Source: a virus
DNA length: 64,000 nucleotides
Virus record (IMG/VR): IMGVR_UViG_3300027972_000007
Location: 1 to 64,000 of that record
Reading direction: 5' to 3' (one strand)
Shown: one piece after another, positions 8,603-18,926 of the stretch
How positions within the stretch are numbered: the stretch's first letter is position 1
How the letters are laid out: the number at the start of each line of letters is the position of its first letter
Program-made: the position numbers and the translations under genes
Notes under the pieces: model-generated
Told to the model about the DNA's origin: nothing
Seen by the model: the letters and a program-made list of their open reading frames with translations, nothing else
Database searches by the model: none

Positions 8603-10537
8603 TTACTCCAACTTTATATGAAGATTTGCAGGTATTTGATTTTTATAATATTTTTTAACTATCGAATATCCCAGAGCTGCTTGTTTTTTAGTTAATGTTT
8701 CGTTTATTGCTAAAGCATGTCCGATTCCAGCATCGATTTTATTGAATCCGTTACCGTCCAATTCTATAGCGCCGTCACATATTTGTGCTAATAATTTTAA
8801 TGATTCATGTATTTTTAATATGTCATTATTTGTTAATTTTTCAGATATATCTATTATTTTTTTCTTGCTTGTATTTGAACTTGCGCCTTCTAATTTTGGG
8901 AGGATTGGAATATTTCTTTCAATTATATCTAATGCTTTATCAATAATATTTTGTTTTTCAACTAATGTTTTTGCTATATTTGCATCTATGCTTTCTTCCA
9001 ATACTAAATGTTGTATTAATACTGCATTTTTTTGGCCAATTCTATGAACTCTATCTTCTGCTTGAGTTATATTACCAGGCACCCAATCAAGTTCAGCAAA
9101 AACTACCAATGAACTTTCAGTTAATGTAATTCCAACTCCTGCTGCTTTTATCGAACCAATGAATAATTTTATATTTTCTCTTATTTGAAATTTATCTATT
9201 GCTTCTTGTCTTTCTTCTACTGTATTTTCTCCAGTCAATTTTACTGAAATATTTTTAAAATTTTCATATAATGCATTTATAACATCGTGATGATGAGCAA
9301 AAACTACTATTTTTTGACCATTTTCTAATAGTTCAGTTAAATGTTCAATTACGAAAGGAATTTTTGCTACTGCTGTTTCATGTCTTATTTTTGCCATTTC
9401 TGTAAAAGCTACTGAAGCACTTTCTTTAAGATTTTTTATTGCTTCATTGTATTCCTCATCAGTTCCCGTTTTTGCTAATTCAACTTTTATTTTTAATGAT
9501 TGTAATTCTCTTTTATAACTTTCCCATGAAGATTTTTCTTTATCTATTATAGTAGAACAACCATTAGCAGGAATTTCAATTACTTGTCTCGTTTTTTCTG
9601 GTAATTCAGTTAAAACATCTTTTTTTAACCTTCTTACCATTACTGTCGATCTTAGTTTATCTTGTAATTCATCTAAATTATTTGATCCTGAAACATCAAT
9701 TCCATATTTTGTTTGTTGCAGATCACAATATCTATTCGCAAATCCCCACCACGAACCCCAATTAATTGGGTCAATATAATGCAAACTGGAAAATAATTCT
9801 ATTGGTTTATTTAATATAGGAGTGCCAGTTAAAAGTATTTTCTTCTTTGCTGCAATTCCTTTTATTTCCGGTTTTTTATTTTCTTTATCTTTATATCCTA
9901 TTATTTCGCGAGTTCTTTGAGCTTTGTAATTTTTAATATAATGAGATTCGTCGAGAATTAAACAATCCCAATTTATTTCTTTAATTTGAGGGAATTTTTT
10001 AAGTATGTTGTAATTGATTATAATGATATCCGATTCAGGGAAAGTTTTAATTTTTGTATCAATAACTGTAATTGAGAATTTTTTAACCAACCATTTTTCA
10101 CATTCTCTTTTCCAGTTAATTTTTAATGAATTTGGGCAAACAATTAAAATTCTTTTTATTGTTTCGTCGATATTAATCAATCCTATAGCCTGTATTGTTT
10201 TTCCTAAACCCATTTCGTCAGCGATTAAAATTCCATTTTTATCTTTTCCGTATTTTATTCCAGCTTTTTGAAATGGTAGATAATCTAAATTTTCATTATG
10301 CGGAATTTCAATGTTGGCTGAAGCTGCCTTTGATTCATCAATTTTATAAGAAATTTTATTTAATTCTATTTTTGCTGATTCGTCTGCATAAATGAAAATT
10401 TTGTTTGCTTTAATTGGGTCGTTTGTCCACCATTTTTTAGTTTCGGGATTCCATCTAAATCCTGCAGATTTTGGAATATCTTTTTCTTGAAATGTACTTT
10501 CGCAGTAAAAAATGTTATTGTTGAATTTAAGTTGCAT
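8603..10537 (-). CDS. SNF2-family (SMARCAL1/HARP-like) helicase
   Basis: LADEMGLGKT, DESH, LTGTP and QAEDRVHRIGQ motifs; N-terminal GFRW.P..K.W domain. Confidence 0.92.
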   Translation of the reverse strand: MQLKFNNNIFYCESTFQEKDIPKSAGFRWNPETKKWWTNDPIKANKIFIYADESAKIELNKISYKIDESKAASANIEIPHNENLDYLPFQKAGIKYGKDKNGILIADEMGLGKTIQAIGLINIDETIKRILIVCPNSLKINWKRECEKWLVKKFSITVIDTKIKTFPESDIIIINYNILKKFPQIKEINWDCLILDESHYIKNYKAQRTREIIGYKDKENKKPEIKGIAAKKKILLTGTPILNKPIELFSSLHYIDPINWGSWWGFANRYCDLQQTKYGIDVSGSNNLDELQDKLRSTVMVRRLKKDVLTELPEKTRQVIEIPANGCSTIIDKEKSSWESYKRELQSLKIKVELAKTGTDEEYNEAIKNLKESASVAFTEMAKIRHETAVAKIPFVIEHLTELLENGQKIVVFAHHHDVINALYENFKNISVKLTGENTVEERQEAIDKFQIRENIKLFIGSIKAAGVGITLTESSLVVFAELDWVPGNITQAEDRVHRIGQKNAVLIQHLVLEESIDANIAKTLVEKQNIIDKALDIIERNIPILPKLEGASSNTSKKKIIDISEKLTNNDILKIHESLKLLAQICDGAIELDGNGFNKIDAGIGHALAINETLTKKQAALGYSIVKKYYKNQIPANLHIKLE

Positions 10538-10661
10538 ATTTTAACTCCTGTTTAATTTTCTTTCTTATTATAATATATATTATAACGCAAAATAAGTCAA
10601 GAAGTATTTTAAATTATTTTTACTATCTTTAAAAACTACTAAAATAAGCGTTATTTTAACT

Positions 10662-10723
10662 CTAAAACACATTCAAATAAAAATAGTAATATACTATTAC
10701 TTTTTAATTATCCTCAATTCTAG
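10662..10723. repeat. 62-bp palindromic element, copy 2 (degenerate left arm)
   Basis: Ends AATTATCCTCAATTCTAG; same length as the other copies. Confidence 0.7.
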
Positions 10724-10791
10724 GCCTCAAATCTATACGTTTTCTTATACTATTTTAACAGAATTATAAATAATTAAAAGAAGGGTATATA

Positions 10792-11238
10792 ATGAAAGTG
10801 ATAAATCGCGTTGGAGTGCCTGTTTCTATCAAAGAAAATGGTATTAATCGTATTATTCCATACGATAAAAAACCGTACATAATTGACGATTCTTGTTATA
10901 ATGCATATAAAGATTTTTTCATTATAGTTACTCCGCCAATTTCTACAGAAAAAAAAGCAATATTAGAAAAAAGAGCTAAATTTGTTGCAAAAATATTACA
11001 TGGTAAAGGTGTGAGAAATGAATTGAGGTATAAACCAATTATTATGGGAAATAGAAAACATACTAAAAAAAGAATTTGGACATGGAATTTTATTTCTCCT
11101 GATGGTAAAAGATTTGAAAATGTGAACATTAAGGAATGGTGCAGAACAAATTATTGGGTACAACCACATTTATACAAGCATGTTGAAGATGGAAAATTAT
11201 ATCAAGGTTGGAAAATAGAACGTTTTGAAAAAGTATAA
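10792..11238 (+). CDS. Hypothetical protein with a NUMOD-like C-terminal DNA-binding module
   Basis: W.FISPDG....N.KEWC...GWK resembles homing-endonuclease C-terminal domains. Confidence 0.45.
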   Translation: MKVINRVGVPVSIKENGINRIIPYDKKPYIIDDSCYNAYKDFFIIVTPPISTEKKAILEKRAKFVAKILHGKGVRNELRYKPIIMGNRKHTKKRIWTWNFISPDGKRFENVNIKEWCRTNYWVQPHLYKHVEDGKLYQGWKIERFEKV

Positions 11239-11258
11239 ATAATTAAAAAGGAATAAAA

Positions 11259-11993
11259 ATGGCAACAATTACAAATTTAAGCGATATGAAAGAGTACATT
11301 TTAAGGCAACTTGGATATCCTGTTATTAACGTAGAAATGACACCGGAACAACTCGACGATATAATTCAAGAAACAATAGATGTGATGAATAGATATTTAT
11401 ATGGCGAAGCAGTATATAATGATTATGTAGTTTTTACTACTTCGGCAGGAGTTGACGAATATTCTTTATCGGGAAATAATATAGTAGATATATACGATTT
11501 TGAATTTTCAACAGGAACTAATGGTATTCATACATTATTTACTCCAGTTCATACATTATTATATCAGGACTGGGTAGTTAAGGGCAATTATCCCGGAGCA
11601 GGTAGAGGATTAAATTTGACCAGTTATCAGATTGATATGATGTATTTAGAAGATGTAATTCGCGCATTTGGTAAAACATATTGTGTTGATTGGTGGCCGC
11701 AAAGAGAAATTTTAAAACTTTCACCAACTCCAGACGAAGCACTTTCAGGAATTTTAATGGTATGGAAAAAATCAGATGCAGTAAATTTATACAATCATTT
11801 ATTTACACGCCAATATTCAGTTGCAAAAGCAAAAATTTTATGGGGTACTATTTTAGGTAAATATAGCGTAGAATTGCCAGGCGGTGGAACAACTAATGGC
11901 GGAGAAATTAAAAATGATGGAAAAGATGAATTAGAAAAAGTATTAGAAAATATAAAGAAAGAATCAGAACCAGTAGATTTTATCATCGGATAA
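11259..11993 (+). CDS. gp13: Neck/head-completion protein, gp13-like
   Basis: KEYILRQLGYPVINVE.T.EQ and WG..LGKY..V.LPGG...NG motifs. Confidence 0.92.
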   Translation: MATITNLSDMKEYILRQLGYPVINVEMTPEQLDDIIQETIDVMNRYLYGEAVYNDYVVFTTSAGVDEYSLSGNNIVDIYDFEFSTGTNGIHTLFTPVHTLLYQDWVVKGNYPGAGRGLNLTSYQIDMMYLEDVIRAFGKTYCVDWWPQREILKLSPTPDEALSGILMVWKKSDAVNLYNHLFTRQYSVAKAKILWGTILGKYSVELPGGGTTNGGEIKNDGKDELEKVLENIKKESEPVDFIIG

Positions 11994-12009
11994 GAAGGGA
12001 GAGTTTAAG

Positions 12010-12795
12010 ATGGGCGAATTTTTTAGTGGTATGGGCGCATGGTTAAGTTCTTTAAATTTGAATTGGTGGCAATCGTTAATATTTTTAGTTTTGATATCTT
12101 TCATAATTTTAGTAGTTTATTCTGATAAAATTAAATCTCTATTAAAAATTAAAGGAAAAAGAAGTTGTATAGATTGTTTAAGTATAATATTTGGTGAAGA
12201 AAAAATATATTATGCAAAACAAAATAAAATATCTAAAGACCAAGAAAAAGTTGAAGATAAAATATTAAAAAATCAAATGGATTATGCGGAACAAAAATTA
12301 GCAGAAATAGAGTCGTCGTTTATTGATTTTTATAATTCATTAATTCATAAAAAAAGAACAACAGATACTAATATAATTCCATTGCTTATTCAAAATAAAC
12401 TGTTTTATTCTTTAATTCGAGACTCTATTTATTTAAGGATACGAGACGATATTAGAAAAAGGTTCAAAAGTAATGGTTATTATGAAATAAGTGGTTTTGA
12501 ATTTACTAATTATGTGAAGAATTTTTCGCAGAGTATATATTCATTATTTAAACAAACTATGATTCAATTATACCCACCGAATGGCCACATGTTTATTTCT
12601 ATAGATGATGTCTTAAAGTTTATGGAAGATTATGCGCCAGAATTTGAAGATATTATTTTCGAATCTGTTATATATGCTAAAAAAATAAAAAATGAAGCAA
12701 TAGAAAAGATAAAGCAATTAGAAAATGAATTAGTTAATAATGAAAAAGAGTTTGAGAGTAAAATTAGAAAGTTAATTGAGGAGGTTAAAAAGTGA
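12010..12795 (+). CDS. Membrane-anchored hypothetical protein
   Basis: Single N-terminal TM segment followed by a helical domain. Confidence 0.6.
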   Translation: MGEFFSGMGAWLSSLNLNWWQSLIFLVLISFIILVVYSDKIKSLLKIKGKRSCIDCLSIIFGEEKIYYAKQNKISKDQEKVEDKILKNQMDYAEQKLAEIESSFIDFYNSLIHKKRTTDTNIIPLLIQNKLFYSLIRDSIYLRIRDDIRKRFKSNGYYEISGFEFTNYVKNFSQSIYSLFKQTMIQLYPPNGHMFISIDDVLKFMEDYAPEFEDIIFESVIYAKKIKNEAIEKIKQLENELVNNEKEFESKIRKLIEEVKK

Positions 12796-13031
12796 AAGCA
12801 AAATTAGAATTTGATTTTGATAATTGTGATAATTTTGAAGAACAGAAATTTAATGTATATATAAAAGCATTGGAATTGTATGATGTTATTTATGAATTAG
12901 ACCAACATTTAAGAAGTAGATTAAAACATGGAAATTTAACTGGCGAAGTAGATAAAGAAGTGCAAGAAATAAGAGATAAGTTGCACGAAGAATTAAGCGA
13001 AAGAAATTGTTCAACAAATATGTTACCATGA
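12792..13031 (+). CDS. Conserved small phage protein
   Basis: MKA.LEF...LDQ.LR..LKH pattern. Confidence 0.55.
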   Translation: MKAKLEFDFDNCDNFEEQKFNVYIKALELYDVIYELDQHLRSRLKHGNLTGEVDKEVQEIRDKLHEELSERNCSTNMLP

Positions 13032-13041
13032 AGGAGAAGAT

Positions 13042-13257
13042 ATGAGAAGTATTAAAGAATATTTAAATGGGGTATTGAATGAAGACGAATTTACAGATAA
13101 TTCTTTAAAAAGACTTAGTATTTTAAAAATCGAACAAAAAATAAGAGAAACAGAAAAGAATAATAAAATTCATCCTATAAAGAAAACAGTTTTAATTAGT
13201 GATTTAAAGAAAAGATTACAGAAAATGAAAGAAGAATATAATAAAAAATCAAAATAA
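13042..13257 (+). CDS. CTS-leader small protein
   Basis: Starts MRSIKEYLNGVLNE. Confidence 0.7.
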   Translation: MRSIKEYLNGVLNEDEFTDNSLKRLSILKIEQKIRETEKNNKIHPIKKTVLISDLKKRLQKMKEEYNKKSK

Positions 13258-13269
13258 AAGGAGTAAATA

Positions 13270-13488
13270 ATGGGCAAATTTAAAGAGTATTTAAGCGAAG
13301 CATCAGTATATTACACAAGTGAGAATGATGGGCATAAGCATATTTATCAAATTAGATTAGACGATTACGGCGAGACTATTAACACACTTTCTAAAGATAA
13401 TGCATATCCCGATCATGTTCATAAGATTATAAAAAATAAAATTGAAAAATGTAAAGATCATACTCACACATTAGAAGAAATAAAATAA
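13270..13488 (+). CDS. CTS-leader His-rich (HxH repeat) protein
   Basis: MGKFKEYLSE; GHKH, DHVH and DHTH. Confidence 0.7.
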   Translation: MGKFKEYLSEASVYYTSENDGHKHIYQIRLDDYGETINTLSKDNAYPDHVHKIIKNKIEKCKDHTHTLEEIK

Positions 13489-14334
13489 ATGAAAACATTT
13501 TATTACCCTCGAACTACTTATAATATTTCAGTAGCATTTTCAGATTTGTTCAATGATATAGTTATACGAAAGTATAACAAAGCGAGGACAGTTGTTGAAA
13601 ATGTTAAAGTTCCATTAGCTTTTGGTAATAGAGATAAATTTTGGGATATACGTAAAGAACAAGAAGAAAAGATAAAATATAATTTGCAATTACCGAGAAT
13701 GTCATTTTCTTTAGTTTCTTTAAGTTACGATTCTGAAAGAGCATTATCACCGACTACACAGAGAAAGTTTTGGGATGAGAATGTTAGCTTGAGTGATTTG
13801 AGTAATTTCTTTACTGATATTATTCCATCTCCATATAATTTCGAATATAATTTAGAAATTAGAGCAGAAAAAATGGAGGATTATACTCAAATTATAGAAC
13901 AAATATTACCGTATTTTAATCCCTCTCAATTTTTAAGAGTGAAAGAATTTTCATTTTTAAATCTTGAAAGAGATTTAAAGGTAATAATGAATCCAAGTAT
14001 TAATTTAGATTTATTGAATGAACAAGACGAACAAAGTAGAAGAGAGATAAAAAGTGTTTTGAGTTTTACTGTTTATGGTTATTTATATAAACCATACGAA
14101 TCAACTAATATACCAATTAAGATTATTCAATCGAGATATTGGGTTGATGAAATTTCTGCAACTAATATAACTTCTGCCAGTGCTTATGAAGTAAATCAAT
14201 TTAGAACAAGTGGATTTTTTGTTAATTCGGCAGGCGATTTATCTGGAGTACCTGGCGAAGGGCAATATGATTTTTCAGCATTTAGCGACGATAATGATAT
14301 GTATTATTTTACTTCAGCAGATGGGATGCTATAA
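13489..14334 (+). CDS. gp15: Tail sheath stabiliser/terminator, gp15-like
   Basis: FSDLFNDI, VPLAFG, LPRMSF...YD.ER, PSPYN and QIIEQILPYFNP motifs. Confidence 0.92.
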   Translation: MKTFYYPRTTYNISVAFSDLFNDIVIRKYNKARTVVENVKVPLAFGNRDKFWDIRKEQEEKIKYNLQLPRMSFSLVSLSYDSERALSPTTQRKFWDENVSLSDLSNFFTDIIPSPYNFEYNLEIRAEKMEDYTQIIEQILPYFNPSQFLRVKEFSFLNLERDLKVIMNPSINLDLLNEQDEQSRREIKSVLSFTVYGYLYKPYESTNIPIKIIQSRYWVDEISATNITSASAYEVNQFRTSGFFVNSAGDLSGVPGEGQYDFSAFSDDNDMYYFTSADGML

Positions 14335-14742
14335 ATGGGTAAATTTAAAGAATATTTATTAAATGAACAACAGAAAATTAAACATAGAAAAAATTATCAA
14401 ATTAAGTTTGATTTATCTACAATAGGTCGAAATGATTGGGATAAAGAAATTTTATCTAATAAAGACGATTTTGTTATTAAGTTATCTTATATGAGTCCAG
14501 ATGAATTTTTAGATAAAACTGATGCTTCTCGATATTTAGTTGATCAAGCAAAACTTGATAAAATAAAAAGTACTTTAGGAACGAAAGCATTACCGGCTTT
14601 AATAATAATTTGGGGCGCAGGCGGCGATAAACATAAATCAGCTTTTCATGATGGTCAGCATCGAGCTATAGCATTAAAGATGTTAGGAATTACACGTATT
14701 CCAGTATACCAAGTATGGGATAAAGAATACTTTAGAAAATAA
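14335..14742 (+). CDS. CTS-leader protein with a ParB/Srx-like motif
   Basis: MGKFKEYLLNE; MSPDEFL...HDGQHRAIA...GI..IPV. Confidence 0.7.
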   Translation: MGKFKEYLLNEQQKIKHRKNYQIKFDLSTIGRNDWDKEILSNKDDFVIKLSYMSPDEFLDKTDASRYLVDQAKLDKIKSTLGTKALPALIIIWGAGGDKHKSAFHDGQHRAIALKMLGITRIPVYQVWDKEYFRK

Positions 14743-14779
14743 AATAATTTGAAAGTGAATTTTATATAGGAGTTCATAA

Positions 14780-15301
14780 ATGAATGGCGAAAAAGAATAT
14801 TTTGACGGTATTGCTAATGTGTTTAATAGTGAATTCATAAAAGATACTTCATTATCAGCAATTGAAAATACATTACAAGTAATTACTAATGAAAAAAGAA
14901 GTATTGAAAATGTTGCAAATAAAAAATTAATCACTTTAAAAGATAAAGATTATTTAGAAGAAAAGACAAAAACATTAATTGAAATGTCATTAAAGGTTTT
15001 AACTAATTTAAAAGACGATATAAAAATTGGGTCATCAGCAAGAGATTATGAAGTATTTGCAAAATTAGGTGATACCATTGTAAATCAAATTAGAGAATTA
15101 AGAGAATTAAATAAAATGATTTCCGATATGGAAATATTTAATAATGAAGAACCAGAAGATAAAGCTAAAGTGAATGTTAATATTAAAATGACCGGTAAAG
15201 AAATGCTCGAATTATTTAAAAAGATTAAAGAAGAATCGAGTATGAATGCAGTAGATGCAGAATTTGTAATAAAAGATGATAAAGACGACAAGGATGAATA
15301 A
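14780..15301 (+). CDS. gp16: Terminase small subunit, gp16-like
   Basis: SARDYEVFAKL matches the gp16 (P/A)R.YEV motif; position before gp17. Confidence 0.8.
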   Translation: MNGEKEYFDGIANVFNSEFIKDTSLSAIENTLQVITNEKRSIENVANKKLITLKDKDYLEEKTKTLIEMSLKVLTNLKDDIKIGSSARDYEVFAKLGDTIVNQIRELRELNKMISDMEIFNNEEPEDKAKVNVNIKMTGKEMLELFKKIKEESSMNAVDAEFVIKDDKDDKDE

Positions 15302-16207
15302 ATGGGTAAATTTAAAGAGTATTTGTTGAATGAATCTATTATTCATACTGATACAAAATTTATTGACGAATTAAATTTAGTTAAAAATAAAGTATTAGAA
15401 AAAAATTTAGGAACGTATGAAATATGTGAAATATTTAATGATAAATTAAGAAAATATGGTTTAGTTTTTAGACAAGAAGGTTTCAGTGTTTCTGATAATT
15501 CGGAATACGCGAAATCATGGATTAGAGGGGCAGGAACTAATGAAAGAGGAATAGTAACAATATTCGTTGAAGATGAATTTTATAAAGTATTTGATTATGA
15601 AGGAGAGTGGAATAATTTTATTAAAGTATTAAAAAGAATAGTTTCACACGAACTCGTGCATAAAGGGCAAATAAGCAGAATAAAAGCAAAAAATAAAGAA
15701 CAAAGCGGAGAAATATTAAGAAAACTCGGCGACGATGAAAGATTAACAATAACTTCAGGCGAAGCAAGAAAATATCTTTCACGAAAAATGGAATTAATGA
15801 GTTTTGCAAAAGAGGCCATCGAAGAATTTAGAGATATAGGATATACCGACAAACAAATTTTAAATAGAATTAGAAAACCATTAGATAAAAATATATATCC
15901 TTCAAAAGAAGAATCACATATTTTTTATAGATATACAGATTATTTTGATATTAATGAAAAACCATTTAAAGATTTTTTAAAATATTGTTATCATTATTTG
16001 AATAAAAAAGAAGATATAAAAAAGAATATAAATACTGAAAATTTATTTTTTAATTATATAAAAAATAAAAGATTTAAAAACCCCGAAACAGATAATCAAG
16101 TATTGTTTTATTCTTTACCCGAAAAAGAACAAAATAAAATAAGAGAAATATTTAGAAATTTTTATAAAAATAATAGATTAAAAAAGACGAATAAATGGGA
16201 CCTATAG
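15302..16207 (+). CDS. CTS-leader zinc metallopeptidase-like protein
   Basis: MGKFKEYLLNE; SHELVH (HExxH) with downstream Y....ME..SFA. Confidence 0.65.
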   Translation: MGKFKEYLLNESIIHTDTKFIDELNLVKNKVLEKNLGTYEICEIFNDKLRKYGLVFRQEGFSVSDNSEYAKSWIRGAGTNERGIVTIFVEDEFYKVFDYEGEWNNFIKVLKRIVSHELVHKGQISRIKAKNKEQSGEILRKLGDDERLTITSGEARKYLSRKMELMSFAKEAIEEFRDIGYTDKQILNRIRKPLDKNIYPSKEESHIFYRYTDYFDINEKPFKDFLKYCYHYLNKKEDIKKNINTENLFFNYIKNKRFKNPETDNQVLFYSLPEKEQNKIREIFRNFYKNNRLKKTNKWDL

Positions 16208-16740
16208 TACATCTTTCAGTTATGAAACAAGTTAAGAAATTATTATCAACTCAAGGTATTAATATTGATGCAGGAAATTTAATTAATGTATTAGAACCTG
16301 ATTTAACGAAAGAACATGATAATTGGAAAAATAGAATTAACATTCATTTTGAAAGTATAAAGGCGAAACTAAAAGAAGGAAAAGATATAAGTAGGGATGT
16401 AAGATTAATTGCTCATTTTATTATTGATCATTTTGCATTTACTCAATCATTTAGCCAAGAATATGAAAAAAATTCAGATTCAAAAATAGATTTTTATGCA
16501 GAATTTGTAATTAATAAAGATAAGTATAAACCATATATTAAAATATATAATGATAAAAATGAAATAATGAAACAATTAGAAATATCTATTGTGAATATGA
16601 AAAATTTATATAGTAATTCTTTTAAAAAATCGTGGTTTAAATTTTTGGTGTCTGGTAATTTCAGAGAATTCGTAAGAAGATCTATTCAAGAATCTGTAGA
16701 ATTTACTGCCGCTTATGTTATATTAGCAAAAAACAATTAA
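16195..16740 (+). CDS. Possible Zn-dependent phospholipase C/P1-like protein
   Basis: N-terminal H, EPD..H and HF..D pattern. Confidence 0.35.
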   Translation: MGPIVHLSVMKQVKKLLSTQGINIDAGNLINVLEPDLTKEHDNWKNRINIHFESIKAKLKEGKDISRDVRLIAHFIIDHFAFTQSFSQEYEKNSDSKIDFYAEFVINKDKYKPYIKIYNDKNEIMKQLEISIVNMKNLYSNSFKKSWFKFLVSGNFREFVRRSIQESVEFTAAYVILAKNN

Positions 16741-16747
16741 GGTATAT

Positions 16748-18376
16748 ATGTTTCGTAATAATTCTAGTTTACGATCTGCCGGCGAACGTATTGAAATGAC
16801 TCCTGAATTAAAAGAGGAGTGGTTTAAATGCGCACAAGATCCTATTTATTTTTTAGAAAATTATTATTACATTATTACTATTGATGAAGGCAAACAATTA
16901 TTTAAACTTCGTGATTATCAAAAGAAAATAGTTAAACTTTTAGTTCAACCGCCAATTCATTTGCCACATTTGATCTGTAACATTCCACGTCAATGTGGTA
17001 AGACAGAAATTATGAATGGTTATTTAATGCATTATGCTTTATTTAATGCAGATAAAAATATTGCAGTATTAGCGCACAGAGAAAAAACTGCAAAAACAGA
17101 AATTTTAGGTAGAATAAAATTTGCTTATCAGTGTTTACCATTATGGTTACAACAAGGTGTATTACCAGAGGGATGGAATGCTAAATCATTAATTTTAGAA
17201 AATGGCAGTAAAATAACAGCATCAGCTTCTTCTATGTCAAGTATATCCGGGGAGACCGTGTCAGTTTTATATTTGGATGAATTCTCGAAGCTGCCTCATC
17301 ATTTAGCAGATGCATTTATTACAGCAACATACCCAGTTATATCGAGCGGAAAATCTTCGAAAATTATTATTACATCAACTCCGTTAGGTTTAAATCATTA
17401 CCATGATTTTTGGGATGCAGCAATAAAGCGTAAGAATAATTTTTATCCAGTTAAAGTTAAATGGCAAGAAGTTCCAGGTAGAGATAAAGCATGGAAAGAA
17501 AAAATAATACGTGATATTGGTAGATTAAAATTTTCACAAGAATTTGGCGGAAAATTTTTAGGTTCTTCTGCTACATTAATTGATTCAGAAATTTTAGAAT
17601 CATTAGAAATCAAAACAGCAGTGGAAGATAAATGGGATGGAAAATTATTAATATACGAACCGCCAGAGCCAAATACTTTATATATAATGGGAGTTGATAC
17701 TGGTAAAGGTATTGGTAAAGATAGATCAACCATTCAAGTTTTAAAAATCGCAGATAAATTTGATATTAAACAGGTAGCAGTATATAAAAATGATAAAATA
17801 GGAACGTATGATTTTGCTGAAGTTTGTATTTCAGTTTCTAAATTCTATAATGGCGCTTACATGATGATTGAATCGAATGGTGAAGGAAAAGGATTAGTAA
17901 GTACTATTTGGTATGAACATGAATATGATAAACTTTGTAATATAGATAAAAAGGGTTTAGGTATATATGCAAATAGGGGAAATAGATTAGAAGCCCATTT
18001 ATTGTTAAAAGAGTATATGGAGAAAGAATGGCTATTTGTTTGTGATAGTGAAACAATTTATGAATTATCTAAATACGTAGAAGTTAAACCTAATGTATTT
18101 CATACAGAATCGCCTAATGGGTTTGATGATTTAGTTACTGCATTATTCTGGGCTTTATATTTTTTAAAGACATCATATTTTGACGATAAAGATATTGGCA
18201 ATAAAAGAATACAAGATAAGTTTAAATTACAAGATAATGAAGAACAAGAGCCAGTAATGTTTTTCGATGAAGGGGCAAATAATAATAATATTAGTTATAA
18301 TAAGACTGATGAATTATATACGGATATATATAACGCTAACAGCAATCAATTTGATAGTGATTTTTTAGTTTTATAA
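16748..18376 (+). CDS. gp17: Terminase large subunit, gp17
   Basis: PRQCGKT Walker A, LYLDEF Walker B, TSTPLG, GVDTGKG and DDLV nuclease motifs. Confidence 0.96.
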   Translation: MFRNNSSLRSAGERIEMTPELKEEWFKCAQDPIYFLENYYYIITIDEGKQLFKLRDYQKKIVKLLVQPPIHLPHLICNIPRQCGKTEIMNGYLMHYALFNADKNIAVLAHREKTAKTEILGRIKFAYQCLPLWLQQGVLPEGWNAKSLILENGSKITASASSMSSISGETVSVLYLDEFSKLPHHLADAFITATYPVISSGKSSKIIITSTPLGLNHYHDFWDAAIKRKNNFYPVKVKWQEVPGRDKAWKEKIIRDIGRLKFSQEFGGKFLGSSATLIDSEILESLEIKTAVEDKWDGKLLIYEPPEPNTLYIMGVDTGKGIGKDRSTIQVLKIADKFDIKQVAVYKNDKIGTYDFAEVCISVSKFYNGAYMMIESNGEGKGLVSTIWYEHEYDKLCNIDKKGLGIYANRGNRLEAHLLLKEYMEKEWLFVCDSETIYELSKYVEVKPNVFHTESPNGFDDLVTALFWALYFLKTSYFDDKDIGNKRIQDKFKLQDNEEQEPVMFFDEGANNNNISYNKTDELYTDIYNANSNQFDSDFLVL

Positions 18377-18394
18377 ATATTTAAAAGGAGTGTT

Positions 18395-18652
18395 ATGGGG
18401 TTCGAGGAATTTTCAAAAGAAAGATTTTATGAGAGGGGTTGGTTGAAAGTGGATTTAATTAATGAAGGGAAAGAGAATGAAATTGGTAAAGACATTGCCA
18501 AAAAATTAAAATTAATTTTTAATGGATATTGGAAAGAAATGGATAAATTAACATTCACCGATCCAGTAAGTCAAAATACATTCACTGCTAAAGATTTTCA
18601 AGAAGCAGAAAGTAAAATTAATAAAATTAGGAATCAAATAAAGAAGGATTAA
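18395..18652 (+). CDS. Small protein with a degenerate CTS-like leader
   Basis: MGFEEFSKE, after a late promoter. Confidence 0.55.
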   Translation: MGFEEFSKERFYERGWLKVDLINEGKENEIGKDIAKKLKLIFNGYWKEMDKLTFTDPVSQNTFTAKDFQEAESKINKIRNQIKKD

Positions 18653-18654
18653 TT

Positions 18655-18924
18655 ATGGGTAGAACTTATAAAGATTATTTACGGGAAGAAAGAAATTATT
18701 CTGATATAATGAGTATAGTTAAGAAGAAGAAAGAAAAGAATAAAGATTTTTATACGACAGACGAATATAAGAAATTATACGACGAAGCAACAAAAGCATA
18801 TAAAAAAGAAGGGTTAGATGTTAAGAGAAAAAATGAGTTGAAAAATAGAAGGAAATTTAATAAACAGATTAGACAGGGAATGGAAGATACTGGAATGCCA
18901 GTTGGATTATTTTTAGGGAGATAA
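18655..18924 (+). CDS. CTS-leader basic protein
   Basis: MGRTYKDYLREE. Confidence 0.65.
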   Translation: MGRTYKDYLREERNYSDIMSIVKKKKEKNKDFYTTDEYKKLYDEATKAYKKEGLDVKRKNELKNRRKFNKQIRQGMEDTGMPVGLFLGR

Positions 18925-18926
18925 TA

